A stretch of DNA of 64,000 nt from assembly GCF_009914755.1 (NCBI RefSeq), contig NC_060926.1; one strand, written 5' to 3'. This stretch comes from the human T2T-CHM13v2.0 reference genome, Homo sapiens. Below the pieces are notes generated by a model. It was not told the origin of the DNA. It made no database searches and saw nothing but the letters and a program-made list of their open reading frames with translations. Of this stretch, positions 28,271 to 43,999 are shown in pieces (within the stretch, counting starts at the first letter, position 1; every line of letters begins with the position of its first letter). The position numbers and the translations under genes were made by a program.

Positions 28271-29919
28271 TCTGTTCTACTCTGATTTCTCCATCAGTTG
28301 AACATCCGTGGCCCTCACAGAATAAACTGCACAACTCAGGGTTCAGGAGTATGCTCTAAAACTTTTCTATGAGGATAAGCAGGAAACTCCCCAAAGGTAG
28401 GGACCATGTCTACTTTGGTCCCATGGCACCTGGCACAAAGATGCACATAGTAAGTGTCCAATAAGATACCTAACCTGAGTAATTATTTGTGAAAGGTGGT
28501 TTCTGATAGTTGTAACAAGCCAGCCACAAAATGCAGGCAGTAAATCATACTCCCTATGCCTGGCTGTCTATAAAATTCACAATGAGCACAATTTGTTTTT
28601 AAACTGAAGCTATGTGAAATGTTTTTAGATCACACTAACATATTCAGATGCATGCTCACCTTAAGTAATGTGTTGTCTCAGGAGTGAGTCCCTGGATCTG
28701 CCATAGTAGCTGATTTTTATCAACAATTAGGAAAAGAGGCATTTGTTTGATTATGCGCCCAATTTCTGAACAAGCGGCTCCTCAGCCAACCATTGCAAAT
28801 ACCTCCCCACCACCACCAGCGTTTCCAAGTTCAGACTTCTCATTCTGATCATGTTAGGAATGTAATCAAGGCCCTCTGTGGAGATAAGTTAATTATCTCC
28901 TCAGGCAATGAACAAACACACGGGTTTGGTTTCTGACCATGTTGCCTGAAGAGAGGACACCACAGAGGAGCTTAGAGCTTGTCAGCTACCACCCCAAGGC
29001 CCTTCGTGGCATCTGGGAGCCATGGCCCAAAGTGATTCTGGCCCCTCTGTCCCAGGTTCTGCACTGCACCTGCTTTTGGTGATACAGAACTTGGCTGGCC
29101 CTGTCCTCGTTCTCCCCGAGCCAGCCCAGCCATGCCCTATGTTACTGGGGTTGGGCTCCTGGAGCTCACCTGGCACCTCCTGCAGCCCAGGACATCTCCC
29201 AGCACAGGATGCCCCTCTGCAAAGCTGATCTGGCTCCGCTGAGCCTCCCAAGAGAGATAAGGAAAGAAATCAGCTTGTCTGTCCTCCATCACTGGGCTGC
29301 CAGGGACAGTGGGACCCAAAGACTCTAACAGAAATCACCTGCCTATCTCCATGTTTTAAACTTCTGCTTTAATCCAGCTCAGAGTGGGATTAGCTGCCTC
29401 AGAGACTGCTAATTGCCAGATGGCCGCTGATAGCCAACTGCAGAAGCGTGTGTGTCAGAGCCTGTCATGGGGCCTTAAGAAGTCAGATCTGAAAGGGATG
29501 TTAGAGAGCCCAGCAAACCCTTCATTTTCTCATTATGACAATGGGTAAACTGAGGCCCAGAGGGGCAAGGTGGCTTGCTCTTGGATACACAGCGAGTTTA
29601 CAGCATGTGCCTGTGGGTTGCATTTGCATTAGGAAGAGCAAGAAAAGAGCATTGAAAGACCTCAATATACCCCTAGCTGATTATGCCCTGCTGCCCCTAT
29701 GGAGAGGCAGAAGCAAGAGGAAGGAGAGCTAATTTATTGAGTATCTCTTATATTCCAGACTTGACGGCAGCTGCTTTCATGGGTGATACCCGGGTTCTAG
29801 CCCTCAATCTGACAGGGCATGCGATCTTGGGTAAATCACTTCCCCTCTGGGCAGGGGGCTGGGGGGTTCTTAATACCTTATATGCAGATTGAGAAAAGTA
29901 AACTGAATCATCTTCAAAA

Positions 29920-30100
29920 CAGTGGCTCTCATTCTTTAATGTGCACCGTAATCTTTTGGAGGACTTGTTAAAATACAGATTGCTGGGGCCCAACCTGTTT
30001 CTGATTCAGTAGGTGTAGATTAGGACCTGAGAATTTACATTTCAAATAAGCTTCCAAGAGATGCTGATGCTATCCAGCCATGGGCCCCACTTAAAGCTGT
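29920..30100. mobile_element. MER5A
   Basis: CAGTGGCTCTCA...CTTGTTAAAATACAGATTGCTGGGGCCC...TTTCTGATTCAGTAGGT...GATGCTGATGCT. Confidence 0.75.
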
Positions 30101-30785
30101 ATTGCTGTAAGATGTAGCCCCCAACTCTAAAGTTAAACAGCATGAGTGGGTCCGTGAACAAGAAACACACACAAACATACACAAACAAATACCTTTTTTA
30201 AAAGAGTAATCAAAAGAACCCAAACTAGTGAATTAATTCCAATGGATCCAGGCTTTTATGTTTTCTTAAATTCTTCAAAAAAACGCCAACATTAACTTAT
30301 GGCAACCCAAATATGAACTCAATTTTTTGTCCTGTCCCTCAAGTTTTTTCCTTGGAGAAGAATCAAGTACCATCTTACACTCAAGGAGCCTACAACCCTG
30401 AATGAGAGGAGTTCACCCACACAGACCCACTCAGAATGAGACCCTAATGGCATCCCAAGAAAGCATCTGAAGTGCCTTTAGCACCTGGTACATCCAGACA
30501 TGTGCTATATCCCCCATGAGGACCATAACTAGTGAGTGTACCACTGAGATAAAGGCAGGCCAGAAGCATTTACCGTCATTCCTGCAGTGAGTCCAGAGGT
30601 ACACACACTGAAATCCCCACCTGGAACATGGCCATCCTGCCAGGACATCTGCAGATTGTTTCCAGGAAACTTCTCAAACATGCATCAACCCAAATAAAGA
30701 TGGGAGAAAATACATAAATACTGAAAAATCCTGGGAAAATACCTGGAGTTCTTCCAGGAGAGTTTGACTCTTAATAAACTGTACT

Positions 30786-31149
30786 TGTCTTGCTCCGATT
30801 TGAGTGAAATTTTACATACTAGAAATTTCATCCCCAAGTTCATATGTTGATTGGAGATGGAGCCTTTAGGAGATAATTAGGATTAGACAAGGTCATCAGG
30901 GTAGGGCCCCCATGATGGGACTGGTGGCTTTATAAGAAGAGGAAGAGAGAACTGAGCTGACATAGGCTCTTACTCTGTGGCCTGGTGATGTCTTTGCTAC
31001 GTTACAACACAGTAAGAAGTCCCTCAGCAGATGTAGCCCCTTGACCTTGGACTTCCCAGCCTCCAAAACTGTAAACAATATATTTCTTTTTAAAATAAAT
31101 TAACCAGTCTGTGGTATTCTGTTATAGCAACAGAAAATGGACTAAGACA
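30786..31149 (+). mobile_element. MST (C/D-like) MaLR solo LTR
   Basis: GGTCATCAGGGTAGGGCCCCCATGATGGGACTGGTGGCTTTATAAGAAGAGG...ATAGCAACAGAAAATGGACTAAGACA. TSD GTACT (30781-30785 / 31150-31154). Confidence 0.85.
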
Positions 31150-32288
31150 GTACTTGTGAGACAAATATCCAAGACCAAAACTACCTTGGAAGGGTCTTAT
31201 GGATCTTGCAAAGAAAAAATGGGCAGTAATGAAGCTAGAGAGATTTGACAGGGCTCTGCCTCTCTGTTAGGATGTGTGGTGACTCAAGCTTAGGAATGGT
31301 TGACATTGGTGTCATTTTTAGCCTCTGGCCCTATCAGCAGGTCTGCTATCATTGTAGACAGAGTAAGTCATGTGGCCAAGGATACCACATGTGGGGAGAT
31401 GAGATAAAAGATAAAAAGACACCTTTCCCAAATCCCTATGAGGCACCCAAGGTGCTTAATCTAGGGCTAGAGCCAAGGTCTCTTGGCTAGAATGTGAACT
31501 AATGTTTGTCTGTCTCTCCAGCTCTCTCCTTCCTACCTTTCTAGGTAAGCACTGAAATAATTTACACTAAAAAGTAGTTCTATGTAATTGTTATAAATGT
31601 AGTCACAAAACAGAATACAAATGTCATAGATAATCCGTCTGGTAGAATATACATAATGTAAAAAACTCAATTTAACAACATGAAACTTAGTAAAAAGTAA
31701 TAATTTATCAACATGCACTGCAGAACAGAGATGGGGGATCAAGTGCAGGGAAACAGTGAGAAAGAAAATAACAGGCATCTGAGATGGCAGAGAGTTCATG
31801 GATTCTTGGCATTGATAATAAATGATATGTAAGATTTTACTGTAATATAACCATTAATAGAATTTAAAAGGGTTTATATTCCATAGAAATTTTCAGAAAT
31901 AAAGCCAGAAAATATGGATCACAAAGAAAAATACAGCAAAAGAACCCCCCAAAAAAGGAGCCATAAATAAGATAAAACCAAAAAATAAGACAGAATTAAG
32001 ACAAAGCATGCTTTCCCTAAAGACAAACCAAAGCCAAGAAAAACAAAATCAAAAGCATTACACAATGCTATGAATATATTTAATACCTCTGAAATGTATG
32101 CTTAAAAATTGTTAAGATGACAAAGAGGCAAGACATTTCACCCTGGAGTGATGGGAATGTTTTGCACTTACGTAGAGATGAGATTGCACAACATCGTGGA
32201 TGTGCTAAATGCCACTAAATTGTTCACTTTAAAATGATCGATTTTATGTTCTGTGAATTTCATCTCAATAAATTATTTTTAAAGAAAA

Positions 32289-32319
32289 CACACACACACA
32301 CATACACACACATACACAC
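32289..32319. repeat. (CA)n microsatellite, imperfect
   Basis: CACACACACACACATACACACACATACACAC. Confidence 0.85.
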
Positions 32320-33419
32320 CCAAAAACCACTGCTCTTTTGGTGATGGCACAATGTGGCTTTATAACCTTTCCCTCCTTTTCACCTCCATTCGCCTTCTTA
32401 TCTTTCTCCTCCACTTTCTCATTCAGGCACACACAGGACTTTTCCTCTGAGTCCTTCCATCATTCTGGGTGGACACAAGATCCTGATCCAATACAGGGAC
32501 CTTGGTTCCTTCACCTCAACTTCATCTTCATTGACCTTCTCTCTGCCCCAGCCACCCATGGCCGTTGTCACTGATTGGACGTGTCATCACTAAAAGTGCC
32601 ACACCTCCGAGAGTCACTAAGTCAAACTGCACGCCACAGCTCTTGACATTTCAACTGTGAAAGGAGACAGTGCAGATCCAGGAAAAGGCTTTTGTTTGTT
32701 TGGGGTTTTTAATAGGAGAGAATGAGATTTTGAAAAAAAAAAAAATCCAGTGGAAAGAATTACAATCAAAGGAAGAGGATGAACACACAGGAAAGAAAAG
32801 GGAAATCAATAGTGGCGACTTTTGAAGATGGCAGGAAGAGATGGGGTCAGAAGAAAGGGTGGAGACACTGGCCTTTTGAGTTCATTAAGCCTGCAGTTTA
32901 TAACTACACATCAGACTTAGAGAATGAGACCAAAGCAGTACTCAGAAAAATTTGGAGACTCGATTTTATTGCTTCAACAAGGGATGAAATACATAAGCTA
33001 AGCATCTAGCTCAGGAAATCAGAAAAAGAGCACAGTATTATCAGGAATTTTTTTTTTAAAAAGAAAGATATTACAAATGAATTATTCTTAATAAAATCTC
33101 CCCCAGAAATAATTTTAAGAGTTGACTTTTTAACAATATATAGTTGATATAATTAAGAAAAAGTGATTAAATCACATTTAAATCATGTATATTTAAAGTA
33201 AATATGAAGCTTATATTTTAGAAATTAAATGAGTATTATTTCTACTCTACGAATAAATTTGATAATTGCCATGAAAGTTTCTAGAAAATCTATAAATTAC
33301 CACAAATGACTCAAGAATTAACCCAAGTAGCTCATTAATCAGACAACCTGAAAGAGTTGCCACAGAATATACGCCTGTACATACATTTGCATGTGTGTAT
33401 ATATTATATTATGTATACA

Positions 33420-34360
<941 letters not shown>

Positions 34361-34671
34361 AAATATATCTGTTTTTAAGCAAGCTATACCCAGGTAAAAC
34401 TTTCATGTTCTCAGGGGAAAGAGAATCCCACTGCCACCCAGACTTGCAGTTCCTTATTTACAATTCTAAAATTTCAAACATTATTTTTTCATAAAACATT
34501 TAAAGGCAAAATCTGACTAGAACTCATTTAACAGCAAAATTTGACCTGAATTTATATGAAGCTATGTATATGGTCTTTATTCTATTATTGTTACATATTA
34601 TACTTTGAAATATTAATGTGCTTTATTACGCACTCTTGTCACAGACCCCACTGGGCAAGATATGTGTTCTA

Positions 34672-34673
<2 letters not shown>

Positions 34674-34707
<34 letters not shown>
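34674..34707. repeat. (GT)n microsatellite
   Basis: Pure GT run of about 17 units. Confidence 0.95.
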
Positions 34708-34709
<2 letters not shown>

Positions 34710-35012
34710 TATATGTTTAGTACATGCTATTACCTTCCTGAAAACCCAAATGTTCTGATTTTGGAAACATATCTCAACCCAACGGTTGCAGGACAGGCCT
34801 TGTCAGCCTGCATAAACTGTTACAGAGCATAGAAAAGGATGAAAAGTTTGTCAACTACTTTTAAGAAGCTAGCATGACCTTGATCTAAAATTTGGCAAAA
34901 GAGTTTATTCCAAAATGAAAACTGCAGTGTGATTTCATTTGACTGTAGAAGCAAAAAGCTTAAATAAGTGGTACTTTTCACTTTCCATCCTGGCAACAAA
35001 AAATATGATCAC

Positions 35013-35802
35013 TGTATGGGCTTGTTTCTCCTTAAAATTTCAACAGTGCTAATGCCCAGTACCTCAGGACATGAGTGTATTTGGAGATTGAGTCTTTAAA
35101 GAAGTAATTCAGTCATAATGAGGTCATTAGGGTGAGTCCTAATGCAATATGACTGGTGTCCTTATAACAAAAGGAAATGTGGACCTAGGCACAGAGAAAA
35201 GGACATGTGACGACATAGCGAGAAGGCAGTTGTATTAGTCCGTTTTCACACTGCTATGAAGAACTGCCAGAGACGGGGTAATTTACAAAGGAAAGAGGTT
35301 TCATTGACTTACAGTTCAGCATGGCTGGGGAGGCCTCAGGAAACTTACAATCATGGCGGAAGGCAAAGGGGAAGCAAAGCACCAACTCCGCAAGGCAGCA
35401 GGGAGAAATGGCGAGCAAAAGAGGAAGAGCCCCTTATAAAACCATCAGATCTCATGAGAACTCACTCACTATCACGAGAACTGCCCCTATGATTCAATGA
35501 CCTCCACCTGGTCTCTCCCTGTCACGAGAACTGCCCCTACGATTCAATGACCTCCACCTGGTCTCTCCCTTCACACCTGGGGATTGTGGGGATTACAATT
35601 CAAGATGAGCTCGGGGTAGGGACACAGCCTAACCATATTAGCAGTTATCTACAAACCAAAGAGAGAGGGCTCAGAAGAAGCCAATCCTGTCAAAATTTTG
35701 ATCTCAGACTTCGAGCCTCCAGAGCCATAAGAAAATGCATTTCTGTTGTTTAAGCCACCTGGTCTGCCACTTTGTTACGGCAGCCCCTAGAAAACTAATA
35801 CA
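35013..35802 (+). mobile_element. MLT1B MaLR LTR, interrupted by THE1D
   Basis: GAGGTCATTAGGGTGAGTCCTAATGCAATATGACTGGTGTCCTTATAA...AAAACTAATACA. Perfect TSD ATCAC (35008-35012 / 35803-35807). Confidence 0.88.
35231..35640 (-). mobile_element. THE1D MaLR solo LTR with internal 50-bp tandem duplication
   Basis: TGTATTAGTCCGTTTTCACACTGCTATGAAGAACTGCC...GACACAGCCTAACCATATTA. Perfect TSD GCAGT (35226-35230 / 35641-35645). Confidence 0.92.
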
Positions 35803-37407
35803 ATCACACTTTAACCTTCAAAATTAAAAAAAAAAAAAAGACTATTAGTACCCACCCCATTATCACAAAAACATCTCTTTTCCTTCTCTCTGGGCACTAT
35901 CTTCATGAAAACTCCAAAAATCCCAAGGACACTCGCTGAGTACAAATAGTGCTGATTACTAGTTTTACAAGAAGAAAAAAGCTAGAAAATCTGATCAGTC
36001 CACCAGAGGGCCAAGTGTACTGCTGCTGTTATTCATGGTACACACACAGTGTCTCCACTGAAAGCATGTGACCCAGTATCAGGGGTCATCCTTGTCCTTG
36101 GATCAAACCTCATTGGCCCAGACAACAGCACCAGGTAGCCCAGTGTGCAAGCATGGAGTGCTTGAGGCCAGTGCTATACAAGTTATCAGGACACATTATT
36201 CAATATCTGAGCCCCCAGTGCTGCTGTTTGACTATTCACCCCTTTCTCCATACACCTGGGCATTTTCCTTAAAACACTTGCATTGTGCCAAAGTGACTGA
36301 GCCCAGGAGGTTCCAGCCTCAGGCACACACTCTGACCTAATAACTTGTCCCATTATCTATTTCCTGGCTCCCAGAAGAAAAAGTCCTTCCTTCACTCAGC
36401 CCAAAGCCTGCCTATCCTGTCTAGAATTCTTTGCATTATTTTTAGGGAGAAATTTGACCTTGCAGTAGCAAAGTAAAACCTTACCACATAGGATCATGCA
36501 AAGCAAAAACAGTATTTATTGCTCCGTAAGTAAGTAAGGATTGTTCTAGGAATGCAAAGAAAGTTCAATATTAGTGGAAAACTTAAAACCTCAACCTTAT
36601 ATCACTAAGTCAAAGGAGACAGTGTAATAAGTTTAAAAAAAAAAAGAAAAGGATGTTCTACCACAAGAAATAAGAAGGTGCAATTATTACCACTTAAGGA
36701 TGAGACAACTCTAGATAAAAGAATCAATTGATAAATGATTAAAAATATAATATTTTTTAAATAATTAAAATGATTATTTAGAAATTAACGACTTCTTTCT
36801 ATGCTAGTGTTAGCCAGTTAGAAAGTTGTAATGGGCAAAATGAATGCCATTTACATGTTCACAAAATATGTAATATACATAAGAATGAATTGCACATAAA
36901 AAGTAAGACACCTACACAAACAAATGCTTTTAAGTGGCTTCAGCTGTGCCTTTGCCCACAATTTAGAAACGAACCTAAGATGTTCTCTGCAATGAACACT
37001 GACCTGCACTCAGGTACATCTTTCACCCACGACTGGGCAGGTCACTACTCTCATCAGACTAACAGTTTTTAGTTTTTAGTGGCTGTTGCCCTAATATCCA
37101 GCCTGAGTGACCATTTTCTGAAAGTAACATGTAACCTATAATAAAAGAACGTCAAATTCACTGTTGCTCGGTGTTGAAAATAACACTATTGATGAGGGGA
37201 ATAGAACAGCATCTTTCCTCCAGAGACCAAAATCTTCCTTTGGGTCAAACCAGACGGTCAGATAATCACGAGGCTGCATTGCATCATTTGTTTCTCCTTG
37301 GCGACTGCTTTAAGGGGCTTCACTTTGGTGCTGCAGTGGCCTATGCTGAGGAACATTATAAGGAATGACTTTATACTTGCAGCAGCGTGTACCATTAAAT
37401 GTCATAG

Positions 37408-37743
<336 letters not shown>

Positions 37744-39228
37744 TGTCTCCTTTTCACTTGCCTTCATGAAGAACTTTTGTCTCTGGACTCAAAAGCAGAA
37801 CTTCATTTGTTCTTCTGAGTAACTTTTGCTTTTGTTGGTTTGGGGGCGGTGCAATTCATGCAATGGAATCTCTTTCCTTCATCATTGGCTGCTACAAAAC
37901 TTAGGACCAAATACGCCTCACATTTCTGCCAAATATAGTAGAATTTACAGCACAGAAGTTGAGTAAAGACCTTGTCTCTGGACCCATCTTACATTTCGTA
38001 TCCTTATATTTCTTTCATTTCAATCTTTACTTACTTGTAAAGCATGCTACATCCATCATATTATGCACTGACTTCATGGTTTGTCTTTTCCCCTATCCCT
38101 TTAATTTTTGTATGTGGGGCCAGTTCCTCCTCTTTTCCCAGAAGACATTTCTCACTGAGCTTGTAACACTTTTTCAGAGACAAGCACCGTCTCTGCTTCT
38201 ACACTTCTGCTTTGTCATCTGAACAGACACCACTTCCTTTTAATTACACTTATTTGAAAAATGCAACTCTTATGGCTTTCAATTATGGCCAATAATGCAG
38301 ATACTGAGAGATATTTTGCCCTATGATTTATCAAGGGCAGTCATGCCTATGCTGAAGTTCAGTAAGGATGTGAAGACATTCCTTAGTCAATAAACCTTGG
38401 CTGGCTTTATCTGGATGCTAACGTAATGTCATATAATATAGGAGGGTGTTTGTATATGGTTTCTCTGAGTCCTTAATAGTGCAGTTTTGAGAGACTGGAA
38501 AGGCAAGGTAAGGAGACCTGGGTCCATGGTGGAAGTCCACCTCCCTTCTGTTGTGTTTAGAACAGACCTGAGACTTGGGGGCGCTTCCAGGACCCAGTGC
38601 CTTTGTGATTTTTTCTTGTCTGCTATTCTGGTCTGAGGTTTGGGACTTTCTTATCTTTCAGATGAAAGAGTGCCTTTGGCCCTTGGGAAAAAAAACACAA
38701 AGACCCCATAGAAACCCAGTGGGACAATTTACAAAGGCCCCAACTCTTGGGAACTTTGTGGTGTTTTTCTACTCTAGACATGAAGACAGGAATCACCCAG
38801 AACCATTTTTTTCTGGGCAAGGGCCCAGGGAACAGTTGGCTATGGGAAGTTGGGGAGACTGGGGATTCAAGTTCAGAGAGGAGGGGTGTCATTTCCTAAA
38901 GCTTAAAGTGATGAAGAAGCATCAGATTTGAATGATGAGAAGTTCTGTTTGGGATCTTTTTCATTTGAGGTGGAACCACCATGTAAAGATGCATTCACAG
39001 GCATTCAGACCTGGAATTCTGAAGGGACATGGCAGCCTATAGACACAGGCATTAACAACTATAAACCTCAAATCCAGCAGTATTTGTTGTTTTCCTCTAG
39101 CAAGTTACCTAGTTTTCATTTTCAAGAGCACACAGAGAATAAGCTTCAGATGACACACAGGAGGATTTCAGAGTAACAGCACTGAGCCGGTCATACAATG
39201 CACGTGACCAGGAACTCCTGAGTGTTAC

Positions 39229-39790
39229 GTATCTTTTCCGTTATTGCACAACAAATTATCTTAAATTCAGTGGCTTTACCCAGCACACATTTATCATCTC
39301 AAAATGTCTGTGGGTCTGCTCAGCTGGGTTCTCTTCTCAGGGTCTCATAAGGTGCAATTGAGGTATCTGTCAGGCTGAGATCTCATCTGGAAGCTTAGCT
39401 GGGGAAGATTCTGCCTCCAAGCTTGTTCTGGTTGATGGCAGAATCATTTTCCCTAGTGTTTTTGGACTGAGGGCCCCAGATTCTTGTTGGCTAATGGTTT
39501 GAGTCTGCCCTCAGTAACTAGAGGCCCTCACCATTCACAGAGCCCTTTGTGGGCTTTTCCAACGTGGCCACTTATTCCATCAAGCCAGCAAGGAGAGTTT
39601 CTAGTTAAATCTGCTAGCAAGAGGAGGTCTCCTAAAATCCAATGTAATCCTGGGAGTGACAGCTCAACCCTCTGCCATATTCTGTTGGTTAGAGGCAAGT
39701 CACAGGTCCTGCCCACGCTCAAGGGAAGGGACTGTACAGGATGTGAACAGGAGCTGGGGATCATGGAGGGTCACCTCATTGTTTGCCACT
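39229..39790 (-). mobile_element. MLT1 (E/F-like) LTR
   Basis: ACAAATTATCTTAAATTCAGTGGCTTTA...CTCTGCCATATTCTGTTGGTTAGAGGCAAGTCACAGGTCCTGCCCACGCTCAAGGG. Confidence 0.75.
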
Positions 39791-42700
39791 TTGTCCATGG
39801 ATGGGAGAGACATGGAAAAATAGTTGAAAAGCCATCTCCAAGGGACAAGCATGGCAATATGAGGTAAAAGTATATTCAACATATATTCTAGCATGGAAAG
39901 CCAGATAAGACATGTAAAAGATTAGGAGTTTTGGCAATGTGATGGGGAAAATAAGTTTTCCAAATGCACCCATTAATCACTTCACTAGTGTTGCTTCTTG
40001 GTAAATAATTTCATTGGTATAACTCTGTTGGGATAGTCCCTATCATCTATTTTAGACGTCTTAGGGTGAAATAGGGAGACTCAAATAAGCCAGCCTGACA
40101 ATAATCCTCAACATGTATTATCTGGGGTATTCTTGAAAGATTTTATTGGCTTTGGATCTGAACATCGAGTGGGCACAGTGATTGGCCAAAGAATATTTTA
40201 GTTGATTGATGTCTCCACTTTCAAAAAGAATGGAGTTGGTGAAATTCTGGAAAGGGGAAAGATCTAAAATTACTTACAATTTAATAATCAAAGACCTATA
40301 TGAAATATCAAATACATGCTAGGTGCTAAAAATCAGATCACAGATATCCAATTCATCAATAGCCTCCACAATAAGATGTCTATCCACTAAACACATAGAG
40401 CTTTGGCCTCAGTTGTTCCTCCTGTGGCCTAACTAACCTCCCATCCCAGCATTTCCCCTGCGAGAGCTGCTGGAGACTCTTCAGAGCTGCCCATGCAAGG
40501 GGGTTATGCATCTTCATCTCAGTCTTGTCTCCCCACAACACAACCATCTGCTCTGCAACACACACCTTGGGCGCCAGGGACAGGACACTGATTGGGATGT
40601 GAAATTGAGTCTGGGGACATTTTCTCTTGACATCTCAGAATTCATCACGCTTCCAAAACAATAAAGACAAACATGCCTATTTATCAGGAGCCCAACTAGC
40701 ATGGCTGCAAATATTTGTTTCCTTAATTCTGAGACTTCCAATATGTTTGATAGTGACTGAAGCCAGTCTACTTGAGTGACAGCTTCTGCAAAGCCAGATC
40801 CCACAAGGTAGGTGATGGTGAGAAGGCCCTGTTGCCCCACCATAGACCAGCAGAGGACATGCTGATTTCTATCTGTCCATAGAAACAAACATGTAAGAAA
40901 GCAGGCAGATCCCCTGTCACAAACAAAGGGGACAGAAGCTGCAAGAAAAATCTGTCAAGCCAGCCAGGGTAGAAGAGGTGGAATGTGGAGGACAGATAGA
41001 TAAACATTTCATTTCAGGCTTTGAAGATGGACCTTTTAGACGTCCTTGACCCTTTTTGGTTTGTTTGTTTGTTAGTTTGTTTTCTGAATGCAGGGGTGTT
41101 TGGGGAAACATGGTACCATTTTGCAAAAAGTAAGTATGAGATTTGTGTTAAAAGACAGCCCCAGGTCTAAACGCTAGCTTTGCCAATTATTTGCTGCCCG
41201 CCTTTCAAAAAAACCCACTCTTATCCTTTTAAATCTGTTTTCTCATCTGCTTAGAAGGGAAATTTTTAAGAAGTACTTAATCTCCCAGGGTTATTGCAAT
41301 AGGAGCATGTTGGGATCAGCACAGTGCAGAAGTGTCCTACACTTTGCAGAACTGCAGGACTAAAGCCAGCCTTGGTCCGTCACACACACTTTAACTCTCC
41401 CTGTGCCTGGAAATTGAAGTCTGTGATGAGAAAGGGACTGGGCCAAATTCTCTCTACCAGGAAGACTCAGTATGGGTAATGCCTCCTGTCCATACCTGAC
41501 AGGCAGGGAAGACAGAGCTGAAAAGCACAAATGCCCACAGCCTTGCCTGTGGTTGAGGAGCCTGATAGCTGTGGGTGGGGCTGAAGGGGAGAGGGTCAGG
41601 CCTAGAGCAGGTACAGGACTGGCTGGGGCAACTTCACTCTCATTCCCTGAAAGGACCCCCCAGACCCAGCCATTGACAGCTCCAATTTAACCTACAGCCA
41701 CCCCTAGATCTGTGTGCCACCTCTTGTCCTCTGCTGCTGGGCAGCAGAATGGCCTACTATCTCAGGTGCTCAAACATGTTGCAGAGGAGAGAGATGGCAG
41801 TGGAGATGGCCATGGGGCTGGCCAAGGGTGCTCAGCCATTCCCATGCAGATCGGGAGGTCTGTGCCTGTGTATTGGTACAGCCCCTCTCTCTGTGCATCC
41901 AGAAACTTCATGGACATATTTGTTTACTCCATTTGCCGATATGCAGTTTGCATAATATTGAATCTGGAAAGGACACTGCATCCACTGACAGGAGTTTTCC
42001 CAGCTGGAAAAAAGAAAAAAAAGAATGAAAGAATCCAGCTTTACATTTGGGGGTAAAAATAAAGACACCAACAGTATGTGCCAGGCTGTCTGACGGATGG
42101 TTCATGGCATGGGGAAGGCCACGTCTACGGTCAGGTCATGCTCCCACATCCAAAGTACTGTTGGATGGCTTTCTCGAAAACACTCTTGGCAGCTCCAGGG
42201 ATGGCTCTTTTGGTAAAAAGGATGTGCTGGGACAAAACATGGGCCTTCAGCCAAGACGCATTTCTTCCTTTAAAATGGAAAACACGCACATGTCAGGATG
42301 CAAAGAGCCAAGCCTCTCCAAGAGTGGAGGTATCCCCCTCCTTAGCATCCCTGGAGGAGGAGAGGACAAGAATGAGCTGGGCTTTGACCTGAGATGCCCA
42401 TCAGGGAGCAAACAATGCATAGCAGCCCCTCTGCCCCGGGGCAGGCTTTTCCATCAGGTGCCTTTTGCCAGCTTGCTTATATTCTCAGATAGCTGAAATA
42501 CCTAGCTCAATCACAGGGTACAATGAGGCCCTTCCAAACTTGTAAAAGCAAAGGCACAAAAGCACAATGCCAAGGTCAGTGGAAGGAAGCCCACCAGGGT
42601 TATGCTCCACAGGCCCCAGACAGCCATTCTCTTGGATGCTCTCTTCCCACTTAGACCAACAGCGGCCCCTTCTCGTCACAGACCCCTCCTCCTCCCACTG

Positions 42701-43999
42701 CAGTCGCTGGTGAGCAGTGGGGACTTACGCCTTGTCAAAACATCACTCTATGCATGATCCCCTGGGCCCTTCTTATGCAGTTTGTAGTCCTTGGAGCAAC
42801 ATCAGCATCCCCTGACAGTTGGTTAGACATGCGGTCCCAGGCCTCGCCCCAGACCTGTTGACTCGGGAAGGAACTGCTGGTTCAAAGATGCCTGGGTGAC
42901 TTGTGTGCTTACTAATGAGATAATAGTGCATGCTCCTAATTGGACATGGATGCCTTCTTCAGGGTCCTGCACCTGAGGAGAATGGATAATCAGCAAGGCA
43001 AGAAAGAGGAAAGTACCCCCACCCCAGGTCACAGCCCTGAGCTTAGGTAAAATGTACTTTGGACTATAGGCCCCATGAACCCCGGATCCCAGTTATCCCA
43101 GCCATCCAATCTCTATAGTAAGGAAGCATCCGCTCACAATCCCGCCCCATCTTAAAACCTTCCCAGAAGAGGGCAGACTGTGGAAGAAAAATCCAGGATG
43201 ATTTATGACCATGTTTGAAAGTTCAAATGAGGGGGAAAAAATCATATCTGGGATTCTTTATTGTGAATTTCTCAATCTTTAGCCAGAGTTTGGCTTTACC
43301 TCCTCCAAGGACAAAAGTTCAGGTCCTGTGCACTCAGGGTTAAGTTTGAATTAAAGATAGCTGTGTCCATTGGTGGGGACATCCACTGCCCAGGCCACAC
43401 TGCAGGAGGGCTGGCCCAGAATCAGAGACTCTAGCCGGTACCTTCGCTTGGTTCTTTCAATGCTGTTGCTCTTGTCTGTTCCCTGGAATCTGCAGAATGT
43501 ATGAGCTCATTCCTGGGCAGATCACCAAGCTCTGCAGATGCCTCAGAGACAAGCGCTCATCAGAAGCAAAGTAGCCCTGCACACTAGCAAGGCTCACAAA
43601 CCGGAAGCCTCCCTTAACATGTATTGTGATGATGACAGAAGGGCCCATCACGACCCATCAATGGTCATTAAGCACAACTGTGTGCCCACAGTGTTATTCT
43701 GGGAGAAGCATTTCTCCACAGGCTCCCCACCAGGACCTCAGCCATAAATATTACAGCCATCTCACTTTGTATAGTGGGCGTGGCACCTGGAAACGCCTGT
43801 TCTGTGATTTTACCTGGTGCTCTTGTGCTTATAACCTTGCAAGAGCAATGGGAACAGAATTGTGTTTACTATAGACATGACATACTTTAGAGTTTGTTTG
43901 GCATCGTTCACATAGATTGTAGAATTGCAATTCTGGCCCATCACATGCATTTAACATTCATCATGCTTAGAAACTAAAGCCCAGGATGAGAATTGGACT

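Noticed and set aside
35471-35570. CRISPR-like direct repeats
   Set aside because: Two adjacent 50-bp units without spacers inside a THE1D LTR in eukaryotic DNA.
41712-42496. Cluster of overlapping 100-149 aa ORFs on the + strand
   Set aside because: No recognisable domain, mostly non-ATG starts, and no supporting exon structure. Such ORFs are expected by chance in GC-richer DNA.
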